From Octopus bimaculoides (taxonomy: Eukaryota), in contig NC_068987.1 in assembly GCF_001194135.2 (NCBI RefSeq), positions 80,845,893-80,909,892 of the forward strand: a stretch of 64,000 nt of DNA, written 5' to 3'. Numbering within the stretch: position 1 is the stretch's first letter; every line of letters starts with the position of its first letter. Under the pieces are notes generated by a model, which worked only from the letters and a program-made list of their open reading frames with translations, ran no database searches and had not been told where the DNA came from. Made by a program: the position numbers and the translations under genes. Positions 12,590 to 24,060 of this stretch are shown here, piece after piece.

Positions 12590-13130
12590 TAGCTGTGTGG
12601 GTAAGAAACTTGCTTCCTGACCATGTGGTGTCGGGTTCAGTCCCACTGTGCCTCAACTTGAGCAAGTGTCTTCTATTATAGCCTATGGCCAACCAAAACC
12701 TTGCAAGTGGATTTTGCAGATAGAAACTAAAAGAAGTCTAAGGCGGCGAGCTGGCAGAAATGTTAGCACACCAGGCGAAATGCTTAGTGGTATTTCGTCT
12801 GCTGTTATGTTCTCAGTTCAAATTCCGCCAAAGTCAACTTTGCCTTTCATCCTTTCGGGGTCAATAAATTAAGTACCAGTTATGCACTGGGGTCGATGTA
12901 ATTGACTTATTCCCTTTGTCTGTCCTTGTTTTTCCCCTCTATGTTTAGCCCCTTGTGGGCAGTAAAGAAATAAGAAACTAAAAGAAGTCTGTCATATGTG
13001 AGTGAGCAAGCGAGCATTGCATGCATACATGTGTGTACACACATGTATATTTGCAAGCACTTTTGTCTTGGCATCACATGTTGGCTGTAAACAAGCATCA
13101 CCATCATACAGAGATGTTGTTTACTTCTAG
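12590..13130 (+). mobile_element. Family B SINE (12740-12972) nested in a family A SINE, with an 18-bp TSD
   Basis: Perfect direct repeat agaaactaaaagaagtct at 12722-12739 and 12973-12990. Confidence 0.9.
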
Positions 13131-14039
13131 TCTTTCATGAAATACATAATGTAATAATAATAATATTGAAATTATTGTGTATAGTGCTCAGGTGCACTAC
13201 AACTCATCAAAGGTGCATGTACAGTACACAGAATTATGTACAAAAATCAGGAAAGTGAACAGTGTATGAGTCATGATATACATATGTGCATGCGTATTGA
13301 GGAGTGGGGGATATTAGGTATAGTGTTGGTGAATTTCAGGAAGCATGGAGGTTTGGGAAATATTAGCTTGCTTGGAAACAGGTGAGGATTGGTGAAAGGA
13401 AGGGCATCCAGCTGTAGGAAAAAATCTAACTTAAATTCCAATCGATTGAGGAAGTATAACAATATATCAAAACTATAGAAGCCGGTTATTTGGATTTTGT
13501 TGCCAGATTAATATTTATGGCAAGAGCAGAATTGATAAATGAAAGAGATTTAATTGCAAAAAATTTAAAAAAGAGAAAAAACTCAAAGAATTTCACGTTT
13601 TTAATAGGATTCTTAAAACTAACTTTCTAAATGTTATTAATTGATACATCATCATCATTATTATTTTAACGTCCACTTTTCCTTGCTCACATGGGTTGGA
13701 CGGAATTTAATTTGTCAAGGTGGATTTCCTAAGGCTGGATACATTTCCTGTCACCAACTTACTCCCTTTTCTCAAGCAAGCAAATATTTTTCCATGGCCA
13801 GACATGTTTGCATAGAAAATTGACTTGCAGGACAGTAACACTTGATTACAGCTACCACATGATGTCAAGGCAAGGAAACACTAGCACACACACACACACA
13901 TACATACACACACAATGCATGCATGCACAAGCACATAAATGCGCATGTACACACGACAGGCTTCTTTCACGATATTGAAATATGGAAGGCATAAGTTAAT
14001 TTTTCATCTCAATCTCTAAACTTCTTAATAAAAACTGTC

Positions 14040-14560
14040 TTGCCCTTCATCCTGGATGTCCTGCTAAACAAAAATTTCTTCTGTTTTTTAGGTAATCAAT
14101 GTCTTTTCTATGAGTTCGAAGCTACTTTTAGACACATTAAATTTTATCTGATATTTATAACTGTTTTTCTATTTTCAACAAGGGTCAGCTGTGATGCTCT
14201 GTCTCCATCTATTTCAGTTAGCTTACTTCAAAATCTGTAATCATTCATCTTCTTCAAGGTGCTTTTGTTATAAGATTTTATCTGGAAAATTTTTTTGTAA
14301 TATGCTATAAAAGAATTTCTGAAACGTTATTGTTTTCTAAATCAATTTTAGTTAAACAACTCCATGTTGTGTGTATTTTTGTCTTCGTTCTGTATAAAGC
14401 TATGTTATACCCATCTCACAATGCTGTAAATGTATTCATCATTCTTCGTAACAGCACATTTTTATAATTTAAGATTTGATTTCATAGAAAATAATAAATA
14501 ATTCATTTTCTGTTTAGCTTCAAGTATATTCGAAGACTGTGTCCACCTAGATATCAACAA
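14040..14560 (-). pseudogene. Possible highly decayed L1/Tx1-like ORF2 fragment
   Basis: A/K/E-rich minus-strand frame with stops: IVRWV*HSFIQNEDKNTHNMELFN resembles R.RWLEEGEKNTKYFFNL, and SKLTEIDGDRASQLTL resembles PKLSEE...GLITL. Weak similarity, judged by eye. Confidence 0.35.
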
Positions 14561-16053
14561 CTGCCTATATGTATGTGCACACATTTACTCACACGAACAT
14601 GCTGAAAAATAGAGAGAGCAGCAAAAGACAAAGAGATGAACACATGCATATACATATACATATATAAATATTTTAGAAGTTTGCCTCCGTAATCAAATAA
14701 AAGATTAACTACATTTAGAGGAAATACTTTCAAATAATTTACATCAGACCTACAAAGACCCCTACTATGCAAATCAATTTAAAATAAATACCATATATTC
14801 ACATACATACAAGAATATGTCCAAGAAACATTACTAGAAATAACAAAAAAAAATAAAACCAAATAAGTTATTAAATATTGCTCAACTTCATAGTTGAAAA
14901 ACAAAATGAAAAGCATTATTAAATTTATGACAAAATGTCGTAGGTAACAAATGAAAGTTGTAAAGTGTTAATGTAATGCAAATACATTTTCTGTTCTTCT
15001 AATTATTAGAAAATTAAACAATAAAATCTAAAGACATATTGATTTTAAAACTATAATTGTCAAAAACAATTTAATAAACTAGTTGTATATAAAACAACAT
15101 CTAAATTAATCTCCTCAAAGAAAACTGATGGTACAATGTCAATGAACTGATGTTTACAATATTTCTTTCAGGTCAAAGTATAGACTATTAATAATTTTTC
15201 TTGGCAAAAATACATTTTATTTTTTCTAAAGACATTTAAAAAAAATTCTCAAAGTTATCTATTCGTGTAAATTTTAAAGAGGCTGGAATTCTAATGAATG
15301 GGTGTCCCAGTGGAACAGATTCTTGCAATGAGATTATCCTCATCATCATCAGCAGCAGCACCACCACCACCACCATCAGCACAAGCAGCAGCAGCAGCAC
15401 CACCACCACCATCCACCACCACCACCACCACCACCGTTTTCGTGCTATCGTCCTTTTCCTGCTTGTTATGTTTTGATGATTTCCGTTTGTTGTGTCTCTT
15501 ACCTGACTGACTCCTGTGCAGGTGGCACATAAAAAGGACTATCCGAACGTGATCGATGCCAGGCCCACCTGAGTAGCTCCTGTGCCAGTGGCACGTAAAA
15601 AGCTCCTACTACGCTCTCGGAGTGGTTGGCGTTAGGAAGGGCATCCAGCTGTAGAAACAGTGCCAGACCAGATTGGAGCCTGGTGCAGCCACTGGATCTC
15701 CAGACTTAAGTCAAACTGTCCAACCCATGGCAGCGTGGAAAACAGATGTTAAACAATGATGATGATATATATACAAATATATATATATATATATTTCATC
15801 ATTTTCATCATCATCATCATCATCATCATCATTTAATGTCTACCTTCCATGCATGCATGGGTTGGACAGTTTGATAGGAACCGGCCAGGTAGAAGATTAT
15901 CCACCAAGCTACTGTGTCTGTTTTGGCATGGTGCTTACAGCTGGATGCTCTTCCTAGCACCAACCACTCTGCAGAGTGGACTGAGTGCTTTTTATGTGGC
16001 ACCAGCACAAGTGAGGTTAGTTTACAGCTGGATACCCTTCCAATTCTGTATGT

Positions 16054-16092
<39 letters not shown>

Positions 16093-16399
16093 CGTGCGTG
16101 TGTTACTGTCTCCTGCTTTGACATTGTTCAATGGCTGTGAATGAGTATCAGTGTCATGTAAATGTTGTCATTCTTTTCTAATCCATGTAAACCTGTCAAA
16201 TCATAGGGAAATATTATCATACTTGGAGACAGGTGAGTGCTGGAGACAGGACGGGCATCAAGCCATGGAAAATCTGCTTCAACAAATTCTATCTGACCAT
16301 GGAAAAGAGGACATTAAAATGACAATGATGATGATGAAGATGATGATGACTTGTGTTTCAACTGAGGAACAGGCTTGATTTCTGTAACAAACACTCTTT

Positions 16400-17123
16400 T
16401 ACTCTCTCTCTTTTACTCTTTTACTTGTTTCAGTCATTTGACTGTGGCCATACTGGAGCACCGCCTTTAGTTGAGAAAATCGACCTCAGGACTTATTCTT
16501 TGTAAGCCTAGTACTTATTCTATTGGTCTCTTTTTGCCGAACTGCTAAGTTACGGGGACGTAAACACACCAGCATCGGTTGTCAAGTGATGTTGGGGGGA
16601 CAAACACAGACACACAAATATACATACATATATATATATATATATATATTTAAAATTATAATACAGGGTATCTAAGAGATACCGCCACGCTGAAAAATAG
16701 CAGTCAAATTCTGACTCTAAAACCACAATAAATGTCCACATAGCACNNNNNNNNNNNNNNNNNNNNNNNNNNNNNNNNNNNNNNNNNNNNNNNNNNNNNN
16801 NNNNNNNNNNNNNNNNNNNNNNNNNNNNNNNNNNNNNNNNNNNNNNNNNNNNNNNNNNNNNNNNNNNNNNNNNNNNNNNNNNNNNNNNNNNNNNNNNNNN
16901 NNNNNNNNNNNNNNNNNNNNNNNNNNNNNNNNNNNNNNNNNNNNNNNNNNNNNNNNNNNNNNNNNNNNNNNNNNNNNNNNNNNNNNNNNNNNNNNNNNNN
17001 NNNNNNNNNNNNNNNNNNNNNNNNNNNNNNNNNNNNNNNNNNNNNNNNNNNNNNNNNNNNNNNNNNNNNNNNNNNNNNNNNNNNNNNNNNNNNNNNNNNN
17101 NNNNNNNNNNNNNNNNNNNNNNN

Positions 17124-17160
<37 letters not shown>

Positions 17161-17322
17161 TACGACGGGCTTCTTTCAGCTTCCGTCTACCAAATCCACT
17201 CACAAGGCTTTGGTCAGCCCGAGGCTATAGTAGAAGACACTTGCCCAAGGTGCCACGCAGTGGGACTGAATCCGGAACCATGTGGTTGGTAAGCAAGCTA
17301 CTTACCACACAGCCACTCCTGC
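16400..17322 (-). mobile_element. Family A SINE, near-consensus, spanning an assembly gap (16747-17123)
   Basis: Head at 17160-17322 and 3' domain at 16400-16620 with the (ctctttta)n tail. Central (AT)n lies next to the N-run. Confidence 0.8.
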
Positions 17323-17844
17323 ACCTTTACTATATATAAGTAAAGGTGAAAAAAGAAAAAAAAAGAAAGAAATCCTAATTAAGAGCATCAGTTAGGGAGA
17401 TTGGAAAGAATTAAGTACATATGAATTGGTGCAGACAGTTCAGAAAAAGAAAAAAAAACTTATACTCTGCAACACTAATGTCTGTGTTGGTACAGTGCAA
17501 AAGCCACGAGCACAGACATGGTTTTGTGGTTAATAAGTTCATTTGAAAACCACATCAAAAAGAGAAGTAAACAGATAATTTGTAAACAGAGTAATTGCTT
17601 TGGAGTATCCAAAATTGTACTGAGTTTAATCCTATCTAATCAAAGAAGTAACTTATTACTTATATAAGAGATTTTTAAATAAATTGTTTCGTTAGTTCTG
17701 TGCTTTGTAAACCAGGAAATGTTTTTTTATCACGTTTGAGATGTTTTTCATATAAGCTTGTGTGCAGGTACTTGGGGGAAAAAGAAATAGAAGAATGGGA
17801 AATTAATTTAGGTGTTATGAATCTCATGGGTATAGTATATGAGA

Positions 17845-18150
17845 GAGAATGGGGGAGGGATAGAGAGTGAGAGAGAAAAAGAGAGTGTATGAGAGAGAGA
17901 GAAAGGGAGTACAAGAAAGAGAAAAAGTGTGTACAAGAGAGAGAATAAGAGAAAGAAAAAGCGTGTGTATGAGAGAGAGGGAGATAGAGAGAGAAAGAGA
18001 GAGAGAAAGGGAGTACAAGAGAGAGAGAAAGGGAGTACAAGAGAGAGAGAAAGAGAGTACGAGAGAGAGAGAGAAACGGAGTACAAAAGAGAGGGAGGGA
18101 GAGAGAGAAAAAGGGAGAGAAAGAGAGAGTGCAAGATAGAGATGAAAAGA
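17845..18150. repeat. Degenerate GA-rich minisatellite (unit about gagagagagaaagggagtacaa)
   Basis: Repeated (GA)n-aaagggagtacaa blocks. Source of the spurious R/E-rich and S/L-rich ORFs. Confidence 0.85.
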
Positions 18151-18433
18151 GACAAAACAGAGAAGATATATCTTATCTATTTCACAGTTGCTATTAGTTA
18201 CACAGGCAATTATCTTAACTTTTGCTGTATTTATTTACATATTTTATAAAACAATTTGCAAACAAAAACATCATTGGTTACAAATTTCCACTGGAAAAAA
18301 AAAAATTCCTGATCTGCTGCTTTCCAATTCCAAGGAAGTGTCTGCATTGCAAGACTTGGTTCAAAGAGCACCAGGATTTTGTTTCTTTTTATCACTGTTT
18401 ACATTCGTTGACAATATACATCGATAAAAGATA

Positions 18434-18910
18434 TACAGTAACCACTCGCCATATCGCAGTTCACTTATTGCGCTCTCAGTACATTGCGGATTTTTCTGGC
18501 TAACACATGTGAATTTATATCACAAACTCCTCACTATACTGCAGGTTATGCAGCCGATAGATATTTCTATGTTTTTAGATATTACCTATTTTTGCAGTAA
18601 AATAAGCATTTTCACACCTAAAAATTAATAAATTAACATACAGTACAGTACTGCACTGTTTCACACATTAATTAAAATATATTAGAGTACCATAGATGAA
18701 TAAACAAAGAATTACACATAATGTGTAGAAAACAAAACTCGGGAGGTGGGTGTGTGGTGTTGTTTTGCATTTATAATAAAATAAATATATACAAATTATA
18801 AAAATAATAAAAAAAAATATACAGTACATTACTGTTTCTACTTTGGGGATTTTCATCTATCGCAGGGATTTTTGGAATGTAACACCTGTTATAGTTGAGG
18901 GATTACTGTA
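18434..18910. mobile_element. pogo/Tigger-like non-autonomous DNA transposon (TA TSD)
   Basis: TA-CAGTAACCACTCGCCATATCGC at 18434; TGAGGGATTACTG-TA ending at 18910 (reverse complement CAGTAATCCCTCA). AT-rich interior with no ORF. Confidence 0.75.
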
Positions 18911-18915
18911 CACAT

Positions 18916-19172
18916 TACAGTGTGGTAGTCACCATGAGAGAAACTCTCGTATTGACTATTGGTGCAAAATGCATGCTTGTTTATATTGCGAGCAGAGAAA
19001 TAAATCCCTATCACCTTCAGTACCAAGACAACCAGATCATGTAATTTCGGCCTTCCTTGGTCTTGTCAATGATGGACACTTGACCACTAGAGATAGCAGC
19101 GATCGTTGACAAAAGTGCATTTTGCCACAAAAGCCAATATGAGAGTTTCTCTCATGGTAACTGCTGCAGTAT
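18916..19172. mobile_element. Foldback MITE with about 55-bp imperfect TIRs
   Basis: gtagtcaccatgagagaaactctcgtattgactattggtgcaaaatgca versus the reverse complement of the right end, gcagttaccatgagagaaactctcatattggcttttgtggcaaaatgca. TA at both ends. Confidence 0.8.
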
Positions 19173-19734
19173 AGCTTGTTCTAACAGAACAACTACCTTA
19201 AAGTGGAGATAAATATTACCTCTCGATATTAGTACTACCTCGGTTGCTAATAAATATTTTTTAACACATTACAATAGTAGTAGCAAAACAAGGAGGTAGT
19301 TGTAGTAGTAGTAGTAGTAGGAGGAGGAGGAGGAGGGGGAGTAACTGTAGTAGTAGTAGTATTAGAGGTATCCTTAGTCATGTAACTTAGGTGTTTGCAA
19401 ATTAAAAAAAAAAATACATGATATATTTGAAGGCAGAGTACATTAAAGAACCCAACAAAATGGTCCTCAACTTTTTTGATATCCAGGCCAAATCCCAAAC
19501 CTCGATTTTTTTAGGGGTCACACAAAAAAACGTTGAACACAAGTCACTTAAAGAGTGAACACCAGAGGGGTGCTTGAGTGCCACATATGGCCCTGGGAGC
19601 CACAAGTGAGAACCCATGATGTAACATATTAACCTATACACTGTTTGAGGAGACGTATTGAGTCAAGTAAAATCAAAATAAAAATGAAAATCAGATTAAA
19701 TCAAATCACAATCAAATGGAAATTGTAGTTGTGG

Positions 19735-20166
19735 TCAATGCCAGTGCTGCCTGACTGGCTCCCGTGCTGGTGGTATGCAATAAGCACCATTCATGTGTGG
19801 GTCATTGCCAGTCTGCCTGACTGGCTCCCTGTGCCAGTGGCACATAAAAAGCACCATCTGAACGTGGTCGATGCCAGCTGCCACCCCTGCCCCAACTGGC
19901 TCCTGTGTTGGTAGCACATAAAAAGTACCATCTGAACGTGAATAATGCTGATGCTGCCTGACTGGCTCCTGTGCCGGTGGCACGTAAAAAGCACCCACTA
20001 CACTCTCAGAGTGGTTGGCGTTAGGAAGAGCACCCAGCTGTAGAAACATTGCCAGACTAGATTGGAGCCTGGTGTGGTTTCGTGTCATGCCTGTTCCCAG
20101 TCAAACCGTCCAACCCATGGCAGCATGGAAAGCAGACAGTAAACGATGATGATGATGATGATGATG
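19735..20166 (+). mobile_element. Family C element with internal tandem sub-repeats of about 60-70 bp
   Basis: Repeated gccagt..ctgcctgactggctcc.tgtgcc.gtggcac.taaaaagcaccat.tgaacgtg units, followed by the RTE-type 3' end and (GAT)n. Confidence 0.8.
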
Positions 20167-20896
20167 ACTGTCCTTCAGATTAAACAACTTACTCTCATCA
20201 CAGCCATTGTGATCATCATCATTTTACAACCCCTATTCCATGCTTGCATGGTCAAACATAATTTGTTGCAGGAGCATTTTTTCCTATTTTTTTCTGTTCT
20301 GAACCCAAGTAAGGTAATATTTCTCTGAGGTCAGATATGTTTACATGGAAGATTAAAAAGTGATGAACACCGCTAGTTGGATGGTGAAGCTCTTTTACAA
20401 CTATCAATGTCAAAACAAGGACACACACACACACATATTTGATGGGCTAATTTCAGTTTATGTTAACCAAATCCACTCACAAGGCATTCTCAGCCTAGGG
20501 CTAGAGTGAAAGACACTTGCCCAAAGTGCTATGATGTACCAAACTAAAAAAGTGAGTACTGGAATTGATTTGTTTGATGAAATCTTTCAAGGCAGTACCC
20601 CAGCATGGCCACTGTCTAATAACTGAAACGAGTAAAAGATAAAAAAAAAACAAATGTAAAACTGACTTTGTCCTTTTGACAGGGACCCACCTGAGACGGC
20701 CCCTGATTCTGTGATACAAACTGCTTGTGATCTAAATTAAAAACTTCCCTCAAAATCCCCCATTAATTTATGCTCCAAACAGTAGCTTAATAATGACATA
20801 GTTATTTAGCTAAATTTTTCTTTATTTTCTAAATTAATTGTAAGGTAGCGTATTTCAACAGAAATATGGTAAGAAAAACGTTAAAATTCCACATAC

Positions 20897-21038
20897 CTAT
20901 TTTGCTTTCAATTATAATCTTTCTTGAAGGAATCTTCTTACTCAAAATCTCCAAACACTCAAGTAGGACAGTTTCATTTTGATCTTTCACATACAGTTTT
21001 TCCTTGATTGAGGCAATCTCATCTGTAGTCACAACTCT
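20897..21038 (-). CDS. TCEANC2: Internal coding exon (142 nt, phase 0 to phase 1) of a TCEANC2-like protein (TFIIS N-terminal and central domain-containing protein 2)
   Basis: Minus strand reads ttgtgtcttttttacttttcAG|AGAGTTGTG...AAAATAG|GTATGT, i.e. pyrimidine tract, acceptor and donor. The frame is open: RVVTTDEIASIKEKLYVKDQNETVLLECLEILSKKIPSRKIIIESKI+G. It aligns without gaps to human TCEANC2 [48 protein letters not shown] (about 20/48 identical, human sequence recalled from memory), including the KKIPSR motif and the TFIIS-N IG motif. Partly visible in ORF 20829..21032(-). Confidence 0.85.
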
Positions 21039-21499
21039 CTGAAAAGTAAAAAAGACACAAAAGTGGTAAATATGAACATATGTGCCACCACCACCACCAT
21101 CACGATCAAAAGATCCAGTTCTTCCAATAGTGCCACAAGGTGAACAGTTTGGCAGCTAATATACACAATAATAAAAAGAACCACCAACCATTGTAGGTGT
21201 GAATTTCAACTGTATGCTCTCTCTCAATTGCCAACTAATTACTTAACTGATTAGACTAGGTGTATTTCATGGTTCCATCAGTACAAAAAATGTTGTCTAC
21301 CAAAACTAAAGAGTAGTGTGCGGGCACCATATTTTATGTAGCCATGTGGCATAGTGGTAAGAGTATTGCATTCACAATTGCCAGATCATGGGTTTGATTC
21401 ACAGACCAGGCAGTATGTTGCGCTCTTGAGCATAACACTTCTTTTCATGTTGCTCTAGTACTGTGTAGGGACCAGCAAAGAATAGACCCAACATTTCCT

Positions 21500-22330
21500 C
21501 TCATCATCATCATCGTTTAACATAAATTTTCCATGCTGGCATCAGTTCAACAGGAGCTTCACATCTGTTTTGGTATGGTTTCTATGGCTGCATGCCCATC
21601 CTAACACCAACCACTTTACAGGGTGTATTGGGTGCTTTTATGCAGCACTGGCATGGGTGTTTTTTACATGGCACCAGTACCTGTGAGCTCACAAGATTAA
21701 GAATGCTCAGCCGGAGAGGGTTGCAAGGGACAAGCCTGAATGCAAGGACAATCATGCTTTTACTTAGCTTGATATGTCTTTTCAAGCACAGCAAACCACC
21801 AACAATCTCGGTCCCTTGCTAATCCCTCTGTGAGTCCCAATGTCTGTAGATCCTTTCTCACCACTTCATCCTACATCTTCCTGCGTCTACCCCTTTCACG
21901 ATTCCCACTACAATTAGAGGTTGGCACCTCTTGATGCAACTGTATTCATTCATATGCATTACATGGCCATACCAGTACAGTCTTCTCTTTTGCATATTAC
22001 ATCTGATGCCTTGTATACCCAGTGTGTTTTCCCACAAATCACTTACACTGTTGTATATGCACACTGACATTACACATCCAGTGGAGCATACTAGTTTCAT
22101 TTCTTTTAAGCCTTCACATATCCTCAGTAGTCACAGCCCATGTTTCACTGCCATGTAGCATAGCTGTTCATTCACAGGCATCATACAATCCACCTTCCAC
22201 TCTTAAAGACTGGTCCTTCATTACTGACAGAGGTAGTAGCTCTCTGAACTTCGCCCAGCCTATTTTTATTCAAGCAGCTATGCTTTCAGAAAATCTCCCT
22301 CACTACTAAGTTGGTTATCTAAGTAACAGA
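21500..22330 (-). mobile_element. 5'-truncated RTE LINE (ORF C-terminus, 3'UTR and (GAT)n tail) inserted into an older tRNA-headed SINE (21340-21500 and 22340-22560)
   Basis: ORF 21858..22100(-) reads LWENTLGIQGIRCNMQKRRLYWYGHVMHMNEYSCIKRC, the RTE RRLRWYGHV motif. It is contiguous with a family C-type tail ending at catcatcatcg (about 21503). An uninterrupted copy of the host SINE lies at about 36730-37050. Confidence 0.8.
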
Positions 22331-23324
22331 AACTGTCTGTTATTTTTAAGGATCTTTAGGAAAAGGTGACTAAAAGAGGTGCAGGTAGGATTTGCACTCC
22401 AGTCTTGTAAAACACTCACCAGCATACAGACTCATGGGTTGGAAGGTTGTCACTTGGGTGGTGCAAAGGTGTCATCTGTCAGGAGTAGGGAATCACCAAC
22501 AAATGGTGGATGCAGTGACATACTGTTACAGTGCATGTTCCCATACTACTACCATATTTCCTGACAAATCAAGTCTATGATCCAGGCACTTCACTTTACA
22601 TCATATCGTTGATGCTAATAGTGTCAATAATATAGGAGTACGCATAAAGGCTGAATTTCGTCTGCCTTTACGTCCTGAGTTCAAATTCTGCCAAGATCAA
22701 CTTTGCCTTTCATCCTTTCGGGGTCAATAAATTAAGTACCAGTCGCATAATGGGGTAGATCTAATCGACTGGTCCTCTCCCCAAAAATTTCAAGCCTTGC
22801 GCCTAGAGTAGAAAAGGACCGTTAGCATGTTGGGTAAAATGCTTAGTGGTATTTTGTCAATCTTTACGTTCTGAGTTCAAATTCCACCATGGTTGACTTT
22901 GCCTTTCATCTTTTCAGGGTTGATAAAATAAGTACCAGTTGAACACTGGGGTTGATATAGTTGACTTACCCACTCCACTGAAATTGCTGGCCTTGTGCCA
23001 AAATTTGAAATCAATATAGGAGTGTGTAGAGGTACTACCAGGTCTTTTCAAGTGATTTGATGACACCTTCAGTTATAACACAATGATCAATAATGGCTAA
23101 TAATGTTCAATAATGTTCAACTGAATTGAGTGATGAGGTGAAGGTCATTGATACAAACAATAACACAATATTACATTATACAAGTTAGAACAAACAAAAT
23201 GTATACACAATATATAAAAATATATAGATGAAGCCATAAAAATTTTTCAAAGATAGACATTTACTTACAATTTATAACTACACATATACTTATATACACA
23301 TTTAAACATACTCATATACTGGCG

Positions 23325-24060
23325 CAGGAGTGGCTGTGTGGTAAGTAGCTTGCTTATCAACCACATGGTTCTGGGTTCAGTCCCACTGCACGGCATCTTG
23401 GGCAACTCTCTTCTACTGCAGCCTCAGGCTGACCAAAGCCTTGTGAGTGGATTTGGTAGAATGAAAAAAACTGAAAGAAGCCCATCGTATATATATATAT
23501 ATATATCATCATCATCATCATCATCGTTTAACGTCCGCTTTCCATGCTAGCATGGGTTGGACGACTTGACTGAGGACTGGTGAAACCGGATGGCAACACC
23601 AGGCTCCAATCTAAATTTGGCAGAGTTTCTACAGCTGGATGCCCTTCCTAACGCCAACCACTCAGAGAGTGTAGTAGGTGCTTTTACGTGTCACCTGCAC
23701 GAAAGCCAGTCAGGCGATACTGGCAACGGCCATGCTCGAAATGGTGTCTTTTATGTGCCACCCGCACAAGCCAGTCCAGGGGCACTGGCAACGATCTCGC
23801 TCGAAAATCCTATGGAGGCCAGTCAATATATATATATATATATGAATGTGTGTGTATATATTTGTGCGTCTGTGTTTGTCCCCCCCCCCGTCGCTTGACA
23901 ACCAATGTTGGTGTATCTACATCCATGAAACTTAGCGGTTCGGCAAAAGAGACTGATAGAATAAGTACTAGACTTTAAACTGGGGTTGATTTGTTTGACT
24001 TATACACTTCTAGGTGATGCCCCAGTATGGCCACTGTCCAGTGAGTGAAACAAAATAAAA
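23325..24060 (+). mobile_element. Family A SINE with a family C element (23505-23822, minus) inserted in its central (AT)n
   Basis: Head aggagtggctgtgtggtaagtagcttgc, then (AT)n, inverted family C, (AT)n, and the family A 3' domain. Confidence 0.8.

Noticed and set aside
15291-15530. Poly-Ala/Pro/Thr/His ORFs on both strands
   Set aside because: Mixed (CAC)/(CAG)/(CAT) trinucleotide repeat at a SINE tail.
17675-18249. R/E-rich and S/L-rich ORFs
   Set aside because: Translations of the GA minisatellite.
19735-19990. Regularly spaced repeats resembling a CRISPR array
   Set aside because: The units are internal tandem sub-repeats of a eukaryotic retroelement family, with related rather than unique spacers and no cas genes.
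23325-23400. tRNA-like A/B boxes
   Set aside because: SINE heads. No cloverleaf, and contiguous with SINE bodies.
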